A DNA stretch of 64,000 nt from Fervidobacterium sp. (GTDB taxonomy: Bacteria; Thermotogota; Thermotogae; Thermotogales; Fervidobacteriaceae). Under the pieces are notes generated by a model, which was given only the letters and a program-made list of their open reading frames with translations, did not search any database and had not been told where the DNA came from. Where the stretch lies: positions 564,406 through 628,405 of the forward strand of contig JBMFNR010000002.1 of the NCBI GenBank assembly GCA_049970055.1, given 5' to 3'. Made by a program: the position numbers and the translations under genes. This document shows positions 39,457-49,848 of this stretch, one piece after another; the stretch's first letter is position 1; every line of letters starts with the position of its first letter.

Positions 39457-40933
39457 CATAATTGCATTCTTAACAGTTTTTATGTTCATAGTGGTAGTAC
39501 ATGAATTTGGACATTTCATATTCGCTAGAGCATTTGGCGTAAAAGTCCATGAATTTGCAATAGGCTTTGGGCCAGAAATTTTCAGGAGGAAAGGTAAGAA
39601 AACGGATTTTAGGATAAATGTGTTTCCGCTTGGAGGATATGTTCGCTTAAAAGGTGAGGATCCAAGCGAAGAAGAGGATCCAGATTCACTTTATGGCGTT
39701 TCAGCATGGAAACGGTTTTTAATTGTATTCGCAGGGCCATTATTTTCTATACTTGCTGGGTATTTTTTATTCATGATCATCATTTCCTTTTGGGGGTACA
39801 CGCCCATAATCATCGATAAAGTAATTCCCGGTTCACCCGCACAGGAAGCTGGATTGCAGAGCAATGACGTGATTTTGAAGATAAACGGTAAATACATTTT
39901 CGATACAATAGACATGACAAATACGATTAGAAAGGGCAAAACGATTGTACTTGAAGTGCTCAGAGGGAATGAGAGATTAAAGATTTCAGTCATACCGAGA
40001 TTAACACCCGCACAGTATTACATGTATTTCAAAGATGTACGTGGAAACATAGGTGGAAAGATATTTTCTATCAACAATTTACCATTTGGCGAGTATATTA
40101 AGAACTACAAAAAGGAAATAGTTACAATAAAATCGGAAATTGGTGAAATAAACGGTGTTCTCGATAGTTTGACTTCACAACCCGAAAGGTACACCATAGG
40201 CATATATTACGGACAATTCTCAAGTACGTTTGCAAAAGATGCACAACCTTTCAAAAAAGGTGACAAAATAGTGCAAGTTGGAGATAGGAAAGTTGAAAGT
40301 AGCTCGGATCTATTGGATATATTGACTGCATTAAGTTTGAAACCAGATGAGCTATACGTTACTGTCAACGGCGAAAAAGTTGAAAGTTTAATCTCATCAC
40401 TTCCCGAAGACATTATGGTAACATATTTAACGTCACGTGGTGAAAGTAATCGGGTTATACTGAAAAAAGAGAAACTTATTCAAATCTTCTCCATACCGGG
40501 TATCTTTGAAACAAAAGCCACGAGGATAAAACCTAAAGGAATAATAGAATCCTTAACTTTGTCAGTAGCACGTAGTAATAGATTAGCCCTTTACATTTGG
40601 AAAACGTTGCCTGGAATATTTGTGGGTAAAAACTTACAAGATGTTACAGGACCAGTTGGTATGGTTCAAGTAATTGGTCAAGCTGCCCAGATAGGTATTG
40701 AAACTATTCTTACGATCGTAGCGATAATAACGATTAACCTTGGTATATTCAATCTTTTCCCACTTCCCGCACTCGATGGTGGAAGAATCGTCTTTGCGTT
40801 GATCGAAATGATAACAAGGCGAAAAATCAACAGAAATATCGAAAATATAATACATACAATAGGGTTCTTCATTTTGTTGGGGCTAGTTTTCTTTGTTACG
40901 TTTATTGACATTGGAAGATTGTTTAATAGATGA
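39440..40933 (+). CDS. rseP: Site-2 membrane metalloprotease RseP (M50, PDZ)
   Basis: [31 protein letters not shown]. Confidence 0.94.
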   Translation: MVVLVNIIAFLTVFMFIVVVHEFGHFIFARAFGVKVHEFAIGFGPEIFRRKGKKTDFRINVFPLGGYVRLKGEDPSEEEDPDSLYGVSAWKRFLIVFAGPLFSILAGYFLFMIIISFWGYTPIIIDKVIPGSPAQEAGLQSNDVILKINGKYIFDTIDMTNTIRKGKTIVLEVLRGNERLKISVIPRLTPAQYYMYFKDVRGNIGGKIFSINNLPFGEYIKNYKKEIVTIKSEIGEINGVLDSLTSQPERYTIGIYYGQFSSTFAKDAQPFKKGDKIVQVGDRKVESSSDLLDILTALSLKPDELYVTVNGEKVESLISSLPEDIMVTYLTSRGESNRVILKKEKLIQIFSIPGIFETKATRIKPKGIIESLTLSVARSNRLALYIWKTLPGIFVGKNLQDVTGPVGMVQVIGQAAQIGIETILTIVAIITINLGIFNLFPLPALDGGRIVFALIEMITRRKINRNIENIIHTIGFFILLGLVFFVTFIDIGRLFNR

Positions 40934-40946
40934 AGTGGGTGAATTA

Positions 40947-42008
40947 ATGAACGGAAGCTCTGGAACTAGCGATAGGAAAAGAAAAGTGGTAAAAGTTGGG
41001 AACATTTTCATCGGTGGTGGTAATCCAATATCAATTCAATCAATGACGAACACCAACACAGAAGATGTAGAATCGACTATTTCGCAAATAAATGTACTTT
41101 CAGATGCCGGCTGTGACATCGTAAGGATATCTTTACCAACACTTGAGAGTGCGAAAAAAGTTAAAATAATAAAAGAACGCGTTAAAGTTCCCATCGTTGG
41201 TGACATACATTTTGATTATCGAATAGCTATAGAAGCAATAAAACAAGGAATAGACAAGATCAGAATAAATCCAGGTAATATTGGAGACGAAAGCAAAGTT
41301 TCAGAAATTGTTAGTGCGGCAAAAGAACGAGGGGTTCCAATAAGAGTAGGGGCAAATAGTGGTTCACTACCGAAGGATTTAACTCATCTACCGAGATACC
41401 AAGCTCTAGCGGAGGCAGCTTTGCGTGAAGTTCGAATACTTGAAAAGCTTGGTTTTGATGATATCGTCATATCCGTCAAAAGTTCAGACATTCTTGAAAC
41501 GATAGAGGCTAATAGATACGTTGCAAAATTTTCCAATTATCCACTTCACGTGGGTGTTACAGAGGCAGGTACGCTGTACAATTCACTTGTTAAATCATCT
41601 GTGGCGTTAGGTGTTTTGATCTTGGAAGGGCTTGTTGATACGATAAGAATGTCAATAGCGGGCGATCCAGTTAATGAAGTAATAGCCGCGAAAAAATTAT
41701 TAACATTTCTACACCTCAGAAAAGGGCCGAACATTGTTGCATGCCCAACGTGTTCAAGGGCCGTTTTTGATGTTGAAAAAGTTGCACTTGAAGTTGAGAG
41801 AATATTAGCAGATGTAAATGAGGGAGTGACTATTTCTGTGCTTGGTTGCGTTGTAAATGGTATAGGAGAGGGGAAAGAAGCAGACGTTGGTATTGCTGGC
41901 ACAAAGGATGGTGTAGTGATATTTTATAAAGGTGAAATCGTGGGAACATTTAGATACGAAGAAGGTATTGAAAAACTCAAAGAATACGTAAAGAAGGTGA
42001 TAATGTGA
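40947..42008 (+). CDS. ispG: HMBPP synthase IspG
   Basis: IQSMTNT, DIHF, RINPGN, HVGVTEAG, CPTCSR, GCVVNG. Confidence 0.97.
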   Translation: MNGSSGTSDRKRKVVKVGNIFIGGGNPISIQSMTNTNTEDVESTISQINVLSDAGCDIVRISLPTLESAKKVKIIKERVKVPIVGDIHFDYRIAIEAIKQGIDKIRINPGNIGDESKVSEIVSAAKERGVPIRVGANSGSLPKDLTHLPRYQALAEAALREVRILEKLGFDDIVISVKSSDILETIEANRYVAKFSNYPLHVGVTEAGTLYNSLVKSSVALGVLILEGLVDTIRMSIAGDPVNEVIAAKKLLTFLHLRKGPNIVACPTCSRAVFDVEKVALEVERILADVNEGVTISVLGCVVNGIGEGKEADVGIAGTKDGVVIFYKGEIVGTFRYEEGIEKLKEYVKKVIM

Positions 42009-42784
42009 ATGTGCTTCTTGTGAACGATGATGGTGTTACCGCTCCGGGAATCCTATGCGCAGCGAGATACTTGAGTAAGGAACATTATGTTATTGTTTGT
42101 GCGCCTGAGTCGGAACAGAGTGCAGTTGGACATGGTATAACGTTGAGGTTTCCCTTGTGGGCAAGGAAGTTAGATATAAACGAACCATTTGAGATGTACG
42201 CAGTTTCCGGGACACCAGCGGATTGTGTCAAAATAGGACTCGATGTTATATACAAAGATAAGGGTATCGTTCCAGATATCGTTATTAGTGGAATAAATCG
42301 TGGTGAAAATCTTGGCACGGATGTTGTTTACTCAGGCACAGTCAGCGGGGCACTAGAAGGTGCGATAGCAGGTATACCATCAATAGCCATCTCTGTAGCA
42401 GATTTTAAAGATCCCATATACGAAACTGCGGCCAAGTTTCTACTTGATTTTCTGAAACAATTCGATATAAAGCTAATTCCAAGGTTTACAGCATTGAATA
42501 TAAACGTACCTTCCGTACCATACGAAGAAATCAAAGGTTGGAAATTAACAAGACAAAGCAAAAGAAGGTACGAAGATTACTTTGAAAAAAGACTTGATCC
42601 GTACGGTAGGGAATATTACTGGATGCTAGGTGATATAATAGAAGACGACCCTGATCCCAAAGCTGATTACAAAGCACTTGCACAAGGCTATATATCTGTA
42701 ACACCTGTATCCATTTTCATAACAAACGAAACATTGCTTAGAGAACTGGAGGGAATATACGGTGACAATAAGAATTTTAGGTGA
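42005..42784 (+). CDS. surE: 5'/3'-nucleotidase SurE
   Basis: NDDG, GTPADCV, SGINRGEN, YSGTV. Confidence 0.97.
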   Translation: MNVLLVNDDGVTAPGILCAARYLSKEHYVIVCAPESEQSAVGHGITLRFPLWARKLDINEPFEMYAVSGTPADCVKIGLDVIYKDKGIVPDIVISGINRGENLGTDVVYSGTVSGALEGAIAGIPSIAISVADFKDPIYETAAKFLLDFLKQFDIKLIPRFTALNINVPSVPYEEIKGWKLTRQSKRRYEDYFEKRLDPYGREYYWMLGDIIEDDPDPKADYKALAQGYISVTPVSIFITNETLLRELEGIYGDNKNFR

Positions 42785-43265
42785 CCCGGTACTCAGAAAG
42801 AAGGCTCAACGTGTTGTTGATTTTTCCCAGATTCGTGCGATTTTGGAGGAATTTAAATTGACGATGTATCAAGAGGATGGCGTTGGTCTTGCAGCTCCGC
42901 AAGTTGGGTTATCGCTTAGATTTTTTGGGATGGATGATGGAAGCGAGTTTAAGATGGTTGTAAATCCGGAGATATTAGAGAGATCCGAAGAAAAAGAATT
43001 AGGAGAAGAAGGATGCCTTAGTATTCCCGGTGTTTTTGCAGATGTTGAAAGACACAGATGGATAAAGGTAAGATATCAAGATGAACACGGTGTTTATCAC
43101 GAAGAATTACTGGAAGGTTATTCGGCAAGAATTTTTCAACATGAGTACGATCATCTCGATGGTGTACTTTTCATCGATCACCTTGATTCTAAGACGAGAA
43201 CCGCGTTAGCTCAACAGTTGAAAAAGATAATGGAAGAAAATCGAAGAAATAAAGAGAAAAAATAA
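42762..43265 (+). CDS. def: Peptide deformylase
   Basis: GVGLAAPQ, EGCLS, QHEYDHL. Confidence 0.97.
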   Translation: MTIRILGDPVLRKKAQRVVDFSQIRAILEEFKLTMYQEDGVGLAAPQVGLSLRFFGMDDGSEFKMVVNPEILERSEEKELGEEGCLSIPGVFADVERHRWIKVRYQDEHGVYHEELLEGYSARIFQHEYDHLDGVLFIDHLDSKTRTALAQQLKKIMEENRRNKEKK

Positions 43266-43309
43266 ACATGGTTAAAGAAACAGCTTTTGACTATCTTTAA
43301 ATAACAATA

Positions 43310-43338
43310 TTGAACATTAAACATCTCCATGGTATAAT
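43310..43338 (+). promoter_or_regulatory. Sigma70-type promoter
   Basis: TTGAAC-N17-TATAAT with TG extension. Confidence 0.65.
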
Positions 43339-43382
43339 TAACTAGGCTTGTAATTTTTATGTTGGCCATGGAGGTGGTTAAA

Positions 43383-43637
43383 ATGGAAAAAATTAAAAAG
43401 ACCTTTTCTATTGATTACGAACTCGATATTATCAACAAAAAGATACGAATCAACGGTTATCAGGAAAAGGAACTTCGAGAATTTCTTGATGAGCTTAAAA
43501 GATCTGAAGATTTTCTCGCTAAAATATTCTACAATGACCTAATTGAACAGGCAGTCACTCAGATGCGCGTTATGTCTTGGACAGGAATGGACATCAAACA
43601 ATGGCTAAATGAAGTTGGTTACGCAGAGAAAGAATAA
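43383..43637 (+). CDS. Small hypothetical protein, monocistronic
   Basis: GGAGG RBS before ATG 43383; own promoter and terminator. Confidence 0.7.
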   Translation: MEKIKKTFSIDYELDIINKKIRINGYQEKELREFLDELKRSEDFLAKIFYNDLIEQAVTQMRVMSWTGMDIKQWLNEVGYAEKE

Positions 43638-43654
43638 TCAAGAATGATAATTCC

Positions 43655-43689
43655 AACCGTCGAGGTAAAACCTCGGCGGTTTTTTGTTT
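43655..43689 (+). terminator. Intrinsic terminator
   Basis: AACCGTCGAGGT-AAA-ACCTCGGCGGTT followed by T run. Confidence 0.85.
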
Positions 43690-43767
43690 GTAGCCAAGCC
43701 TAAAAACATTTTATTTGAAACAAGTTACAGTTATACAATAAGATGCACTAAGGCTTAAAAAGGAGGG

Positions 43768-46700
43768 ATGAAGATGAATAATTACTACTTTGACGATATA
43801 GGGAGATTTGTTATAGAAAATTACAATGTTTCGCACGAATTTGCAAGTTTTCTGCCTGGTATAGCAGGAAAGAAGGGCATACCTTTGTGGGCCTTTTACG
43901 TTAACCGAGGTCAGGCAATTGCGTCTGTTGGCATTGCTCATAAAGATAATCCCATCATTGAATTCCATCCTGCCTTTAGAAGTTACCAAACGGTATTTAC
44001 CAATGGCTTTCGAACGTTTATAAAACAAAATGAAAACATCTATGAACCTTTTCAATATCCAAAATCAGATGCCATCAACCAACGTATGCATATTGGAATA
44101 AACGAAGTTGAGATTGTCGAAATAAACAAAAAATTAAATCTTGAGATATCCGTACTGTATTTCACATTGCCTCAAGAAAGAATCGCAGCACTTTTAAGAA
44201 AAGTAACGATAAGAAACATATCAAAAGATGCACATGCACTTGAAATACTTGACGGATTACCGACAATAATTCCATATGGAATAAACGATTATGGGCTTAA
44301 GCATGTTGGTAATACGCTTAAAGCTTGGATGCAAGTTTACAACTTGGAAAGTGGGATTCCTCTTTTCAAAATGCGTTCATCCACTGAGGATACGGTGGAG
44401 GTAAAAGAATTCAACGAAGGTAATTTTTATATGTCGATTGTGCAAACAACAGAAGGTACCGAATACCCAATACCAATAATAGATGCTAACTTGGTTTTTG
44501 GTTACAATACGGCATTTGATTTTCCATCATTTTTTGCAAACAATTCACTCAAAAGTATCCTAAATAAAGAACAAATTAAAACAAATAAAGTTCCATGTGC
44601 ATTTACGCCGTTAAGTGTAATCCTTTCGCCAAATGAGCAGGTAACGATTTATTCTGTCATAGGTCATACACCCGACATTACATTACTTGAAGACTACAAG
44701 AAAAAATTTTCAGAGACTTCATACGTAGAAAGAAAGTATTTAGAAGGCAACGAGATTATAAATACGCTTACGGAGGTTGTACACACAGAAACATCTTCAA
44801 GGTTGTTTAATGAGTATTGTAAGCAAAGTTACCTTGATAACCTACTTAGAGGTGGATATCCTCTTGTTTTTAAGAAAGGTGATAAACCTTTAGTTTATCA
44901 CATTTACTCAAGGAAACACGGAGATTTAGAGAGAGACTATAATTACTTCGTATTACTTCCAGAGTATTATTCGAGTGGTAATGGAAATTACAGAGATATA
45001 AACCAGAATAGGAGAAACGATGTTTTCTTTAATCCTGATGTTGAGAGATACAATATAAAGTTCTTTATAAACCTTATACAATCGGACGGTTATAATCCAC
45101 TCGTTATAAACGGTGTAAAATACAAGGTTAGATTGGATAAGTTAGACTTTCTAAAAGGTTTAGTTGAAGAAGGTGATAACGAAAAACTTTTGCACTTTTT
45201 ATTAAATGGGTTCACACCCGGTAAGCTTATAATGTTCCTTGAGAAAGAACATATTAAGCTGAAAGTTGACGAAGAGGAATTCTTGAGAAGAGTAATTGAA
45301 CACTCTATTGAGGAAACAGATGCCGTACACGGTGATGGTTTTTGGACAGATCACTGGACTTACACCCTTGATCTTATAGAGAGTTACCTTGAGATATACC
45401 CTGATAAAGAAGAAGAACTTTTGTTTGATGATAAAGATTATACCTACTACGATGATTACTACGTTGTTTTACCACGTAATAAACGATATGTTTATGTAGA
45501 TGGCAAAGTAAGGCAATACAATTCGCTTGTTGTAGATGAAAGAAAAAAAGAGATGATCGAACTACGCAGTGAATACAAGAACCTGATGAGAACATCAAAA
45601 GATGAGATATTCCGGACAACTCTTGTTTCAAAGTTAATCAACATAGCGTTAGTAAAATTTGCGACAACTGATCCATACGGCATGGGAATAGAAATGGAAG
45701 CAGGGAAACCAGGTTGGTACGATGCGCTGAATGGTCTTCCCGGGCTTTTCGGTTCATCTGTTGCGGAAAGTTTCGAACTGGTAAGACTTTTGAATTTCCT
45801 TATCGATACGCTCAGCAAATACCCACTAAAGAATGTGTCCTTACCGTTGGAAGTAGATGAATTATTGGAGGATGAATTGAGGATAGTTTTAGAATACGAC
45901 AATCTTGGCGAAAACAAAGACTTTGAATATTGGAATTTACTATCAGATGTGAGGGAAAAATACAGAGAAAAAACAAAATACGAATTTAGTGGTGTAGAAG
46001 TTAAGTACCTGGGACAGCAGCTTGCACAAAAACTGGATATTCTTAAAAGAAAACTGGAAAATACTCTTGAAAGGGCAATACAGGAGAACGATGGGATTAT
46101 GCCAACGTATTATTACTATGAGGCGAAGGAATACGAAATAATCGGCGAAGAAAATAATCAGAAATTTGTAAGAGTGTTGAAATTCGAACAAAGGAAAATG
46201 CCACTCTTTTTAGAAGGTGTTGTCCGTGGATTTAAGATCTTCAAAGATAAAGATTACTTAAGAAAAGTTTACTCAAAGGTTAAAGAGAGTCTTCTGTTCG
46301 ATTGTAAGTTGAAGATGTACAAAGTTAACGCACCACTCATAGACCAACCCATCGAGATAGGTAGAGCCAAAGCTTTCACGCCAGGTTGGCTTGAAAACGA
46401 ATCTATTTGGCTCCATATGGAATACAAATACATGCTGGAAGTACTCAAAGCAGGTTTATACGAAGAATTTTACAGCGATTTCAAGAACGTCTTCATTCCG
46501 TTCTTAGATCCTGCTCAGTATGGAAGAAGCACACTTGAAAACTCATCTTTTATAGCAAGTAGTGCTAATCCAGACGAATCTGTGCATGGAAGAGGTTTTG
46601 TTGCGCGGTTGTCTGGAGCAACGGCAGAGTTTCTAAGCATTTGGAAACTCATGTTCGTTGGTTACAAGCCTTTCACATACGAAAATGGTAAGCTCAAATT

Positions 46701-46953
46701 AAGATTTAAACCGGCTTTACCGGGATGGTTATTCAACGAGGATGGAACTATATCTTTCAAGTTCCTTGGAAGATGTGAAGTAGTGTATCATAACGATAAG
46801 AAGGAAGATACATTTAATTTGTTTGTTAAAAGAATAACGCTTCATCTACCAAACGAAGAAAAAGTGGAAATCGACTCCGATTTTGTCGAAAGTCCTTATG
46901 CGCAGATGATTAGAAACGGTGATGTAAAAAGAATAGATATTGTTTTAGAATAA
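43768..46953 (+). CDS. Glycoside phosphorylase, GH161-like (beta-1,3-glucan phosphorylase; often annotated cellobiose phosphorylase)
   Basis: 1061 aa; YVNRGQ, YSRKHGDLERDYN, GNGNYRDINQNRR, EMEAGKPGWYDALNGLPG, WLENESIWLHMEYKY, ARLSG. Confidence 0.75.
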   Translation: MKMNNYYFDDIGRFVIENYNVSHEFASFLPGIAGKKGIPLWAFYVNRGQAIASVGIAHKDNPIIEFHPAFRSYQTVFTNGFRTFIKQNENIYEPFQYPKSDAINQRMHIGINEVEIVEINKKLNLEISVLYFTLPQERIAALLRKVTIRNISKDAHALEILDGLPTIIPYGINDYGLKHVGNTLKAWMQVYNLESGIPLFKMRSSTEDTVEVKEFNEGNFYMSIVQTTEGTEYPIPIIDANLVFGYNTAFDFPSFFANNSLKSILNKEQIKTNKVPCAFTPLSVILSPNEQVTIYSVIGHTPDITLLEDYKKKFSETSYVERKYLEGNEIINTLTEVVHTETSSRLFNEYCKQSYLDNLLRGGYPLVFKKGDKPLVYHIYSRKHGDLERDYNYFVLLPEYYSSGNGNYRDINQNRRNDVFFNPDVERYNIKFFINLIQSDGYNPLVINGVKYKVRLDKLDFLKGLVEEGDNEKLLHFLLNGFTPGKLIMFLEKEHIKLKVDEEEFLRRVIEHSIEETDAVHGDGFWTDHWTYTLDLIESYLEIYPDKEEELLFDDKDYTYYDDYYVVLPRNKRYVYVDGKVRQYNSLVVDERKKEMIELRSEYKNLMRTSKDEIFRTTLVSKLINIALVKFATTDPYGMGIEMEAGKPGWYDALNGLPGLFGSSVAESFELVRLLNFLIDTLSKYPLKNVSLPLEVDELLEDELRIVLEYDNLGENKDFEYWNLLSDVREKYREKTKYEFSGVEVKYLGQQLAQKLDILKRKLENTLERAIQENDGIMPTYYYYEAKEYEIIGEENNQKFVRVLKFEQRKMPLFLEGVVRGFKIFKDKDYLRKVYSKVKESLLFDCKLKMYKVNAPLIDQPIEIGRAKAFTPGWLENESIWLHMEYKYMLEVLKAGLYEEFYSDFKNVFIPFLDPAQYGRSTLENSSFIASSANPDESVHGRGFVARLSGATAEFLSIWKLMFVGYKPFTYENGKLKLRFKPALPGWLFNEDGTISFKFLGRCEVVYHNDKKEDTFNLFVKRITLHLPNEEKVEIDSDFVESPYAQMIRNGDVKRIDIVLE

Positions 46954-46971
46954 TGTGAGCAAAAACAAAGG

Positions 46972-47018
46972 TATAAATAAAAACCCGTCAAGTACACTTT
47001 GACGGGTTTTTATTTATA
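46972..47018. terminator. Intrinsic terminator with a perfect 20-bp stem
   Basis: TATAAATAAAAACCCGTCAA-N7-TTGACGGGTTTTTATTTATA. Confidence 0.85.
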
Positions 47019-47081
47019 TTTATCGTGTTATAATATAGTACTGATAGTACATATAATATCAAGAATGGAGGTGTCAATATA

Positions 47082-47834
47082 ATGAAATCCAGTGATAATT
47101 TTTCCGATGCTTCCAAGAAATCACTAGTTCTGCCAAGTCTAATTGTAGGAATGTCTTTTATAATCGGTATGTTCGTCTTTGGTTATTTCTTTTATCTTTC
47201 AAAATTACCTCAAAAGACATTAACTGTGACTGGATCTGCGCGAGAACGTGTCAACTCAGACATTGCAAAGTGGAATTCGAATTACTCCGTGAAAGTTTCT
47301 GAATCTAATTTAGAAAAAGGATTCAAATTGATGAAAAGCTATGAGAAAAGCATTCTTGATGTTTTCAGAACAAATGGTATAAATGAAAAGGAAATATCAC
47401 TTTCCGCAGTTAGTGTCGTTGAACTCTACATTGATCCTGAACGTCAAAGTGAACGATTGTATACACTTTCTCAACAGATCTTTGTTGAGACTGTAGACGT
47501 AAATAACATAGCTGAAAAGTCCAAAAATATCACTCAAAAGATACTTGATTTGGGTATTGCATTTCAATCTTCTCCTGTTGAATATTACTATTCTAAGCTC
47601 CCTGAGAAAAGGATACAACTATTATCGGAAGCTGTCAGAGATGCACAAAGGCGAGCTGAAGAAATCGCAAAAAGCGGAGGATTAAAATTAGGTAAGATTT
47701 TAAGTGCAAAAAGTGGTGTCGTTCAAGTGCTTGCTCCAAATAGTGTTGATGTCAGTGATTATGGTAGTTATGACACATCAACACTTGAAAAGGAAGTAAT
47801 GGTGACTGTAAATGTGACATTTGAAGTGTATTGA
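47082..47834 (+). CDS. SIMPL (DUF541) domain protein
   Basis: N-terminal TM; TLTVTGSA...D.A.W; EAVRDAQRRAEEIA..G..LG; VMVTVNVTF. Confidence 0.85.
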   Translation: MKSSDNFSDASKKSLVLPSLIVGMSFIIGMFVFGYFFYLSKLPQKTLTVTGSARERVNSDIAKWNSNYSVKVSESNLEKGFKLMKSYEKSILDVFRTNGINEKEISLSAVSVVELYIDPERQSERLYTLSQQIFVETVDVNNIAEKSKNITQKILDLGIAFQSSPVEYYYSKLPEKRIQLLSEAVRDAQRRAEEIAKSGGLKLGKILSAKSGVVQVLAPNSVDVSDYGSYDTSTLEKEVMVTVNVTFEVY

Positions 47835-47854
47835 GACAAAGGGAGGGTGAACTG

Positions 47855-49576
47855 ATGAGAGATTACATGGCGGAATACAAAAAGTGGTTAGAAAGTCCCT
47901 ACATCGACGAAGCAACAAAACAGGAGCTGATTGCTATCAAAGATAACGAAGAGGAGATAAAAGAAAGGTTCCTTTTTGATTTGGAGTTCGGAACAGCAGG
48001 TTTGAGAGGTAAAATTGGTGCAGGCACGAATAGGATGAACATCTACACTGTTGGGATGGCAACTCAAGGCCTTGCAGAATACATATTAAGCAGAGGTGAA
48101 GAATACGCCAAACGTGGTGTGGTGATAGCATACGATGTAAGAAGAATGTCAAAGGAATTTGCGAGAACAGCTGCGCAAGTTCTTGCAGGAAATGGTATTA
48201 GAGTGTACTTATTCGATGATATAAGGCCTACGCCTATTCTTTCTTATGCAGTGAGGTACTTTAAAACTGCATCAGGTATTGTGATAACGGCCAGTCACAA
48301 TCCGCCTGAATATAACGGTTACAAAGTGTATTGGGAGAAAGGTTCCCAGATAATGGATGACGTAGCTAAACCTATTGAAGAAAACATTAGAAGAATAGAT
48401 GATTTCAGAAAGATAAGGAAAATGGATTTTGATGAAAGTATCAGTAAAGGCCTGATAAAAATAGTTGGAAGAGAGGTAGATGAAGCATACTTTGAAAAGG
48501 TTCTTGGTTTATCGTTAAATGAAGACATAGACAAGAATATTTCGATAGTCTATACTCCATTGCATGGTACGGGTGGTAGGTTTGTTAGACATATACTAAC
48601 AAAAAGGGGGTTTACAAACTTTGCGATTGTTCCTGAACAAGAAGAACCAAATGGAGAATTTCCAACAGTTGACTATCCGAATCCAGAAGATTTAAAAGCT
48701 TTTGATCTAGCATTAAAATACGCGAAAGAAAAGACTGCAGATATCATACTAGCCACGGACCCAGATGCGGATAGAAATGCTGTGATGGTGAAACATAACG
48801 GTGAATACGTACCGTTAAATGGAAATCAAACAGGTGCACTGCTTACTGAATATTTGCTCTCACAGAGAAAAGAGAAAGGTTTACTTCCAAAGAATGGTAT
48901 AATAATAAAATCGATCGTTACAGGTGATTTGGGAAAGCTGATAGCTAAACAGTATGGTGTAGAAACGTTTGAAACATTGACAGGTTTTAAAAACATATGC
49001 GGTTTGGAAAATGAACTTGAGGGAAAATACTCGTTCCAATTTGGATATGAAGAAAGTATTGGATATGTCACAGGTGATTTCGTGAGAGACAAAGATGGTG
49101 TAATGATGTCGATGATAATTTCAGAGATGGCAGCATTTTATAAAAAGAAAGGGAAAACACTAATCGATGTGCTCCAATCACTTTACAAAAAGTTTGGATA
49201 CTATCTTGAGGATAACTTCTCTCTTGTCTACGAAGGATTAAAAGGTATGGAAAAGATAAGAAGGATCATGGAGGTATTCAGAAAGAGATTTCCGAAAGAA
49301 ATCGGTACGCTCGAGTTGCTTGAGTACATTGACTACAATGAAAGAAAATTATACGATAAGTACGGTAACGTGATAGGCAATGTGGAACCGCATATACCTA
49401 CCTCAAACGTTTTACGGTTCTTTATGAGCGATGGTTCATGGTATGCAATCCGGCCATCTGGCACAGAGCCAAAACTCAAGGTGTACATTTATGCGGTAGA
49501 TAAAATTGAAAGTGAAGCTAAGAGAAAACTTACGGTTATAAAGGAAACAATACTGAAGATAATAAATGAAGCTTGA
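47855..49576 (+). CDS. pgm: Phosphoglucomutase/phosphomannomutase
   Basis: FGTAGLRG, TASHNP, DPDADR, GYEES, IRPSGTEPK. Confidence 0.93.
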   Translation: MRDYMAEYKKWLESPYIDEATKQELIAIKDNEEEIKERFLFDLEFGTAGLRGKIGAGTNRMNIYTVGMATQGLAEYILSRGEEYAKRGVVIAYDVRRMSKEFARTAAQVLAGNGIRVYLFDDIRPTPILSYAVRYFKTASGIVITASHNPPEYNGYKVYWEKGSQIMDDVAKPIEENIRRIDDFRKIRKMDFDESISKGLIKIVGREVDEAYFEKVLGLSLNEDIDKNISIVYTPLHGTGGRFVRHILTKRGFTNFAIVPEQEEPNGEFPTVDYPNPEDLKAFDLALKYAKEKTADIILATDPDADRNAVMVKHNGEYVPLNGNQTGALLTEYLLSQRKEKGLLPKNGIIIKSIVTGDLGKLIAKQYGVETFETLTGFKNICGLENELEGKYSFQFGYEESIGYVTGDFVRDKDGVMMSMIISEMAAFYKKKGKTLIDVLQSLYKKFGYYLEDNFSLVYEGLKGMEKIRRIMEVFRKRFPKEIGTLELLEYIDYNERKLYDKYGNVIGNVEPHIPTSNVLRFFMSDGSWYAIRPSGTEPKLKVYIYAVDKIESEAKRKLTVIKETILKIINEA

Positions 49577-49602
49577 CAAAGTAGTATAATTGATGTTATA
49601 AT
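49573..49602 (+). promoter_or_regulatory. Strong sigma70 promoter for the tRNA pair
   Basis: TTGACA-N18-TATAAT with TG extension; -35 overlaps the pgm stop codon. Confidence 0.75.
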
Positions 49603-49612
49603 ACTTACTGGA

Positions 49613-49702
49613 GCCGGGGTGGCGGAATTGGCAGACGCAGCGGACTTAAAATCCGCTGGGGATTAGATCCCCGTGTCGGTTCGACTCCGATCCCCGGCAC
49701 CA
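49613..49702 (+). tRNA. tRNA-Leu(TAA)
   Basis: Cloverleaf, anticodon arm GCGGA-CTTAAAA-TCCGC, long variable arm, GGTTCGA T loop, encoded CCA. Confidence 0.95.
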
Positions 49703-49738
49703 AGTGGGAGAAATTGTGAATAATAATGAGATATACGT

Positions 49739-49815
49739 CGCGGGGTAGAGCAGTCTGGCAGCTCGTTGGGCTCATAACCCAAAGGTCGTGGGTTCAAATC
49801 CCACCCCCGCTACCA
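49739..49815 (+). tRNA. Initiator tRNA-fMet(CAT)
   Basis: CAT anticodon, three consecutive G-C pairs in the anticodon stem, C1/T72 mismatch, encoded CCA. Confidence 0.95.
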
Positions 49816-49818
49816 GAG

Positions 49819-49848
49819 AAAAGGCACTGGCTAAGTCCCGTGCCTTTT
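49819..49848. terminator. Bidirectional terminator
   Basis: AAAAGGCAC-N12-GTGCCTTTT between the tRNAs and a convergent CDS. Confidence 0.7.

Noticed and set aside
46972..47018. 20-bp perfect inverted repeat as a MITE or IS end
   Set aside because: Short loop, located right after a stop codon, A/T flanks, no second copy noticed: fits a terminator
49613..49848. tRNA genes as a possible island integration site
   Set aside because: No integrase or duplicated tRNA 3' end seen; flanks are housekeeping genes
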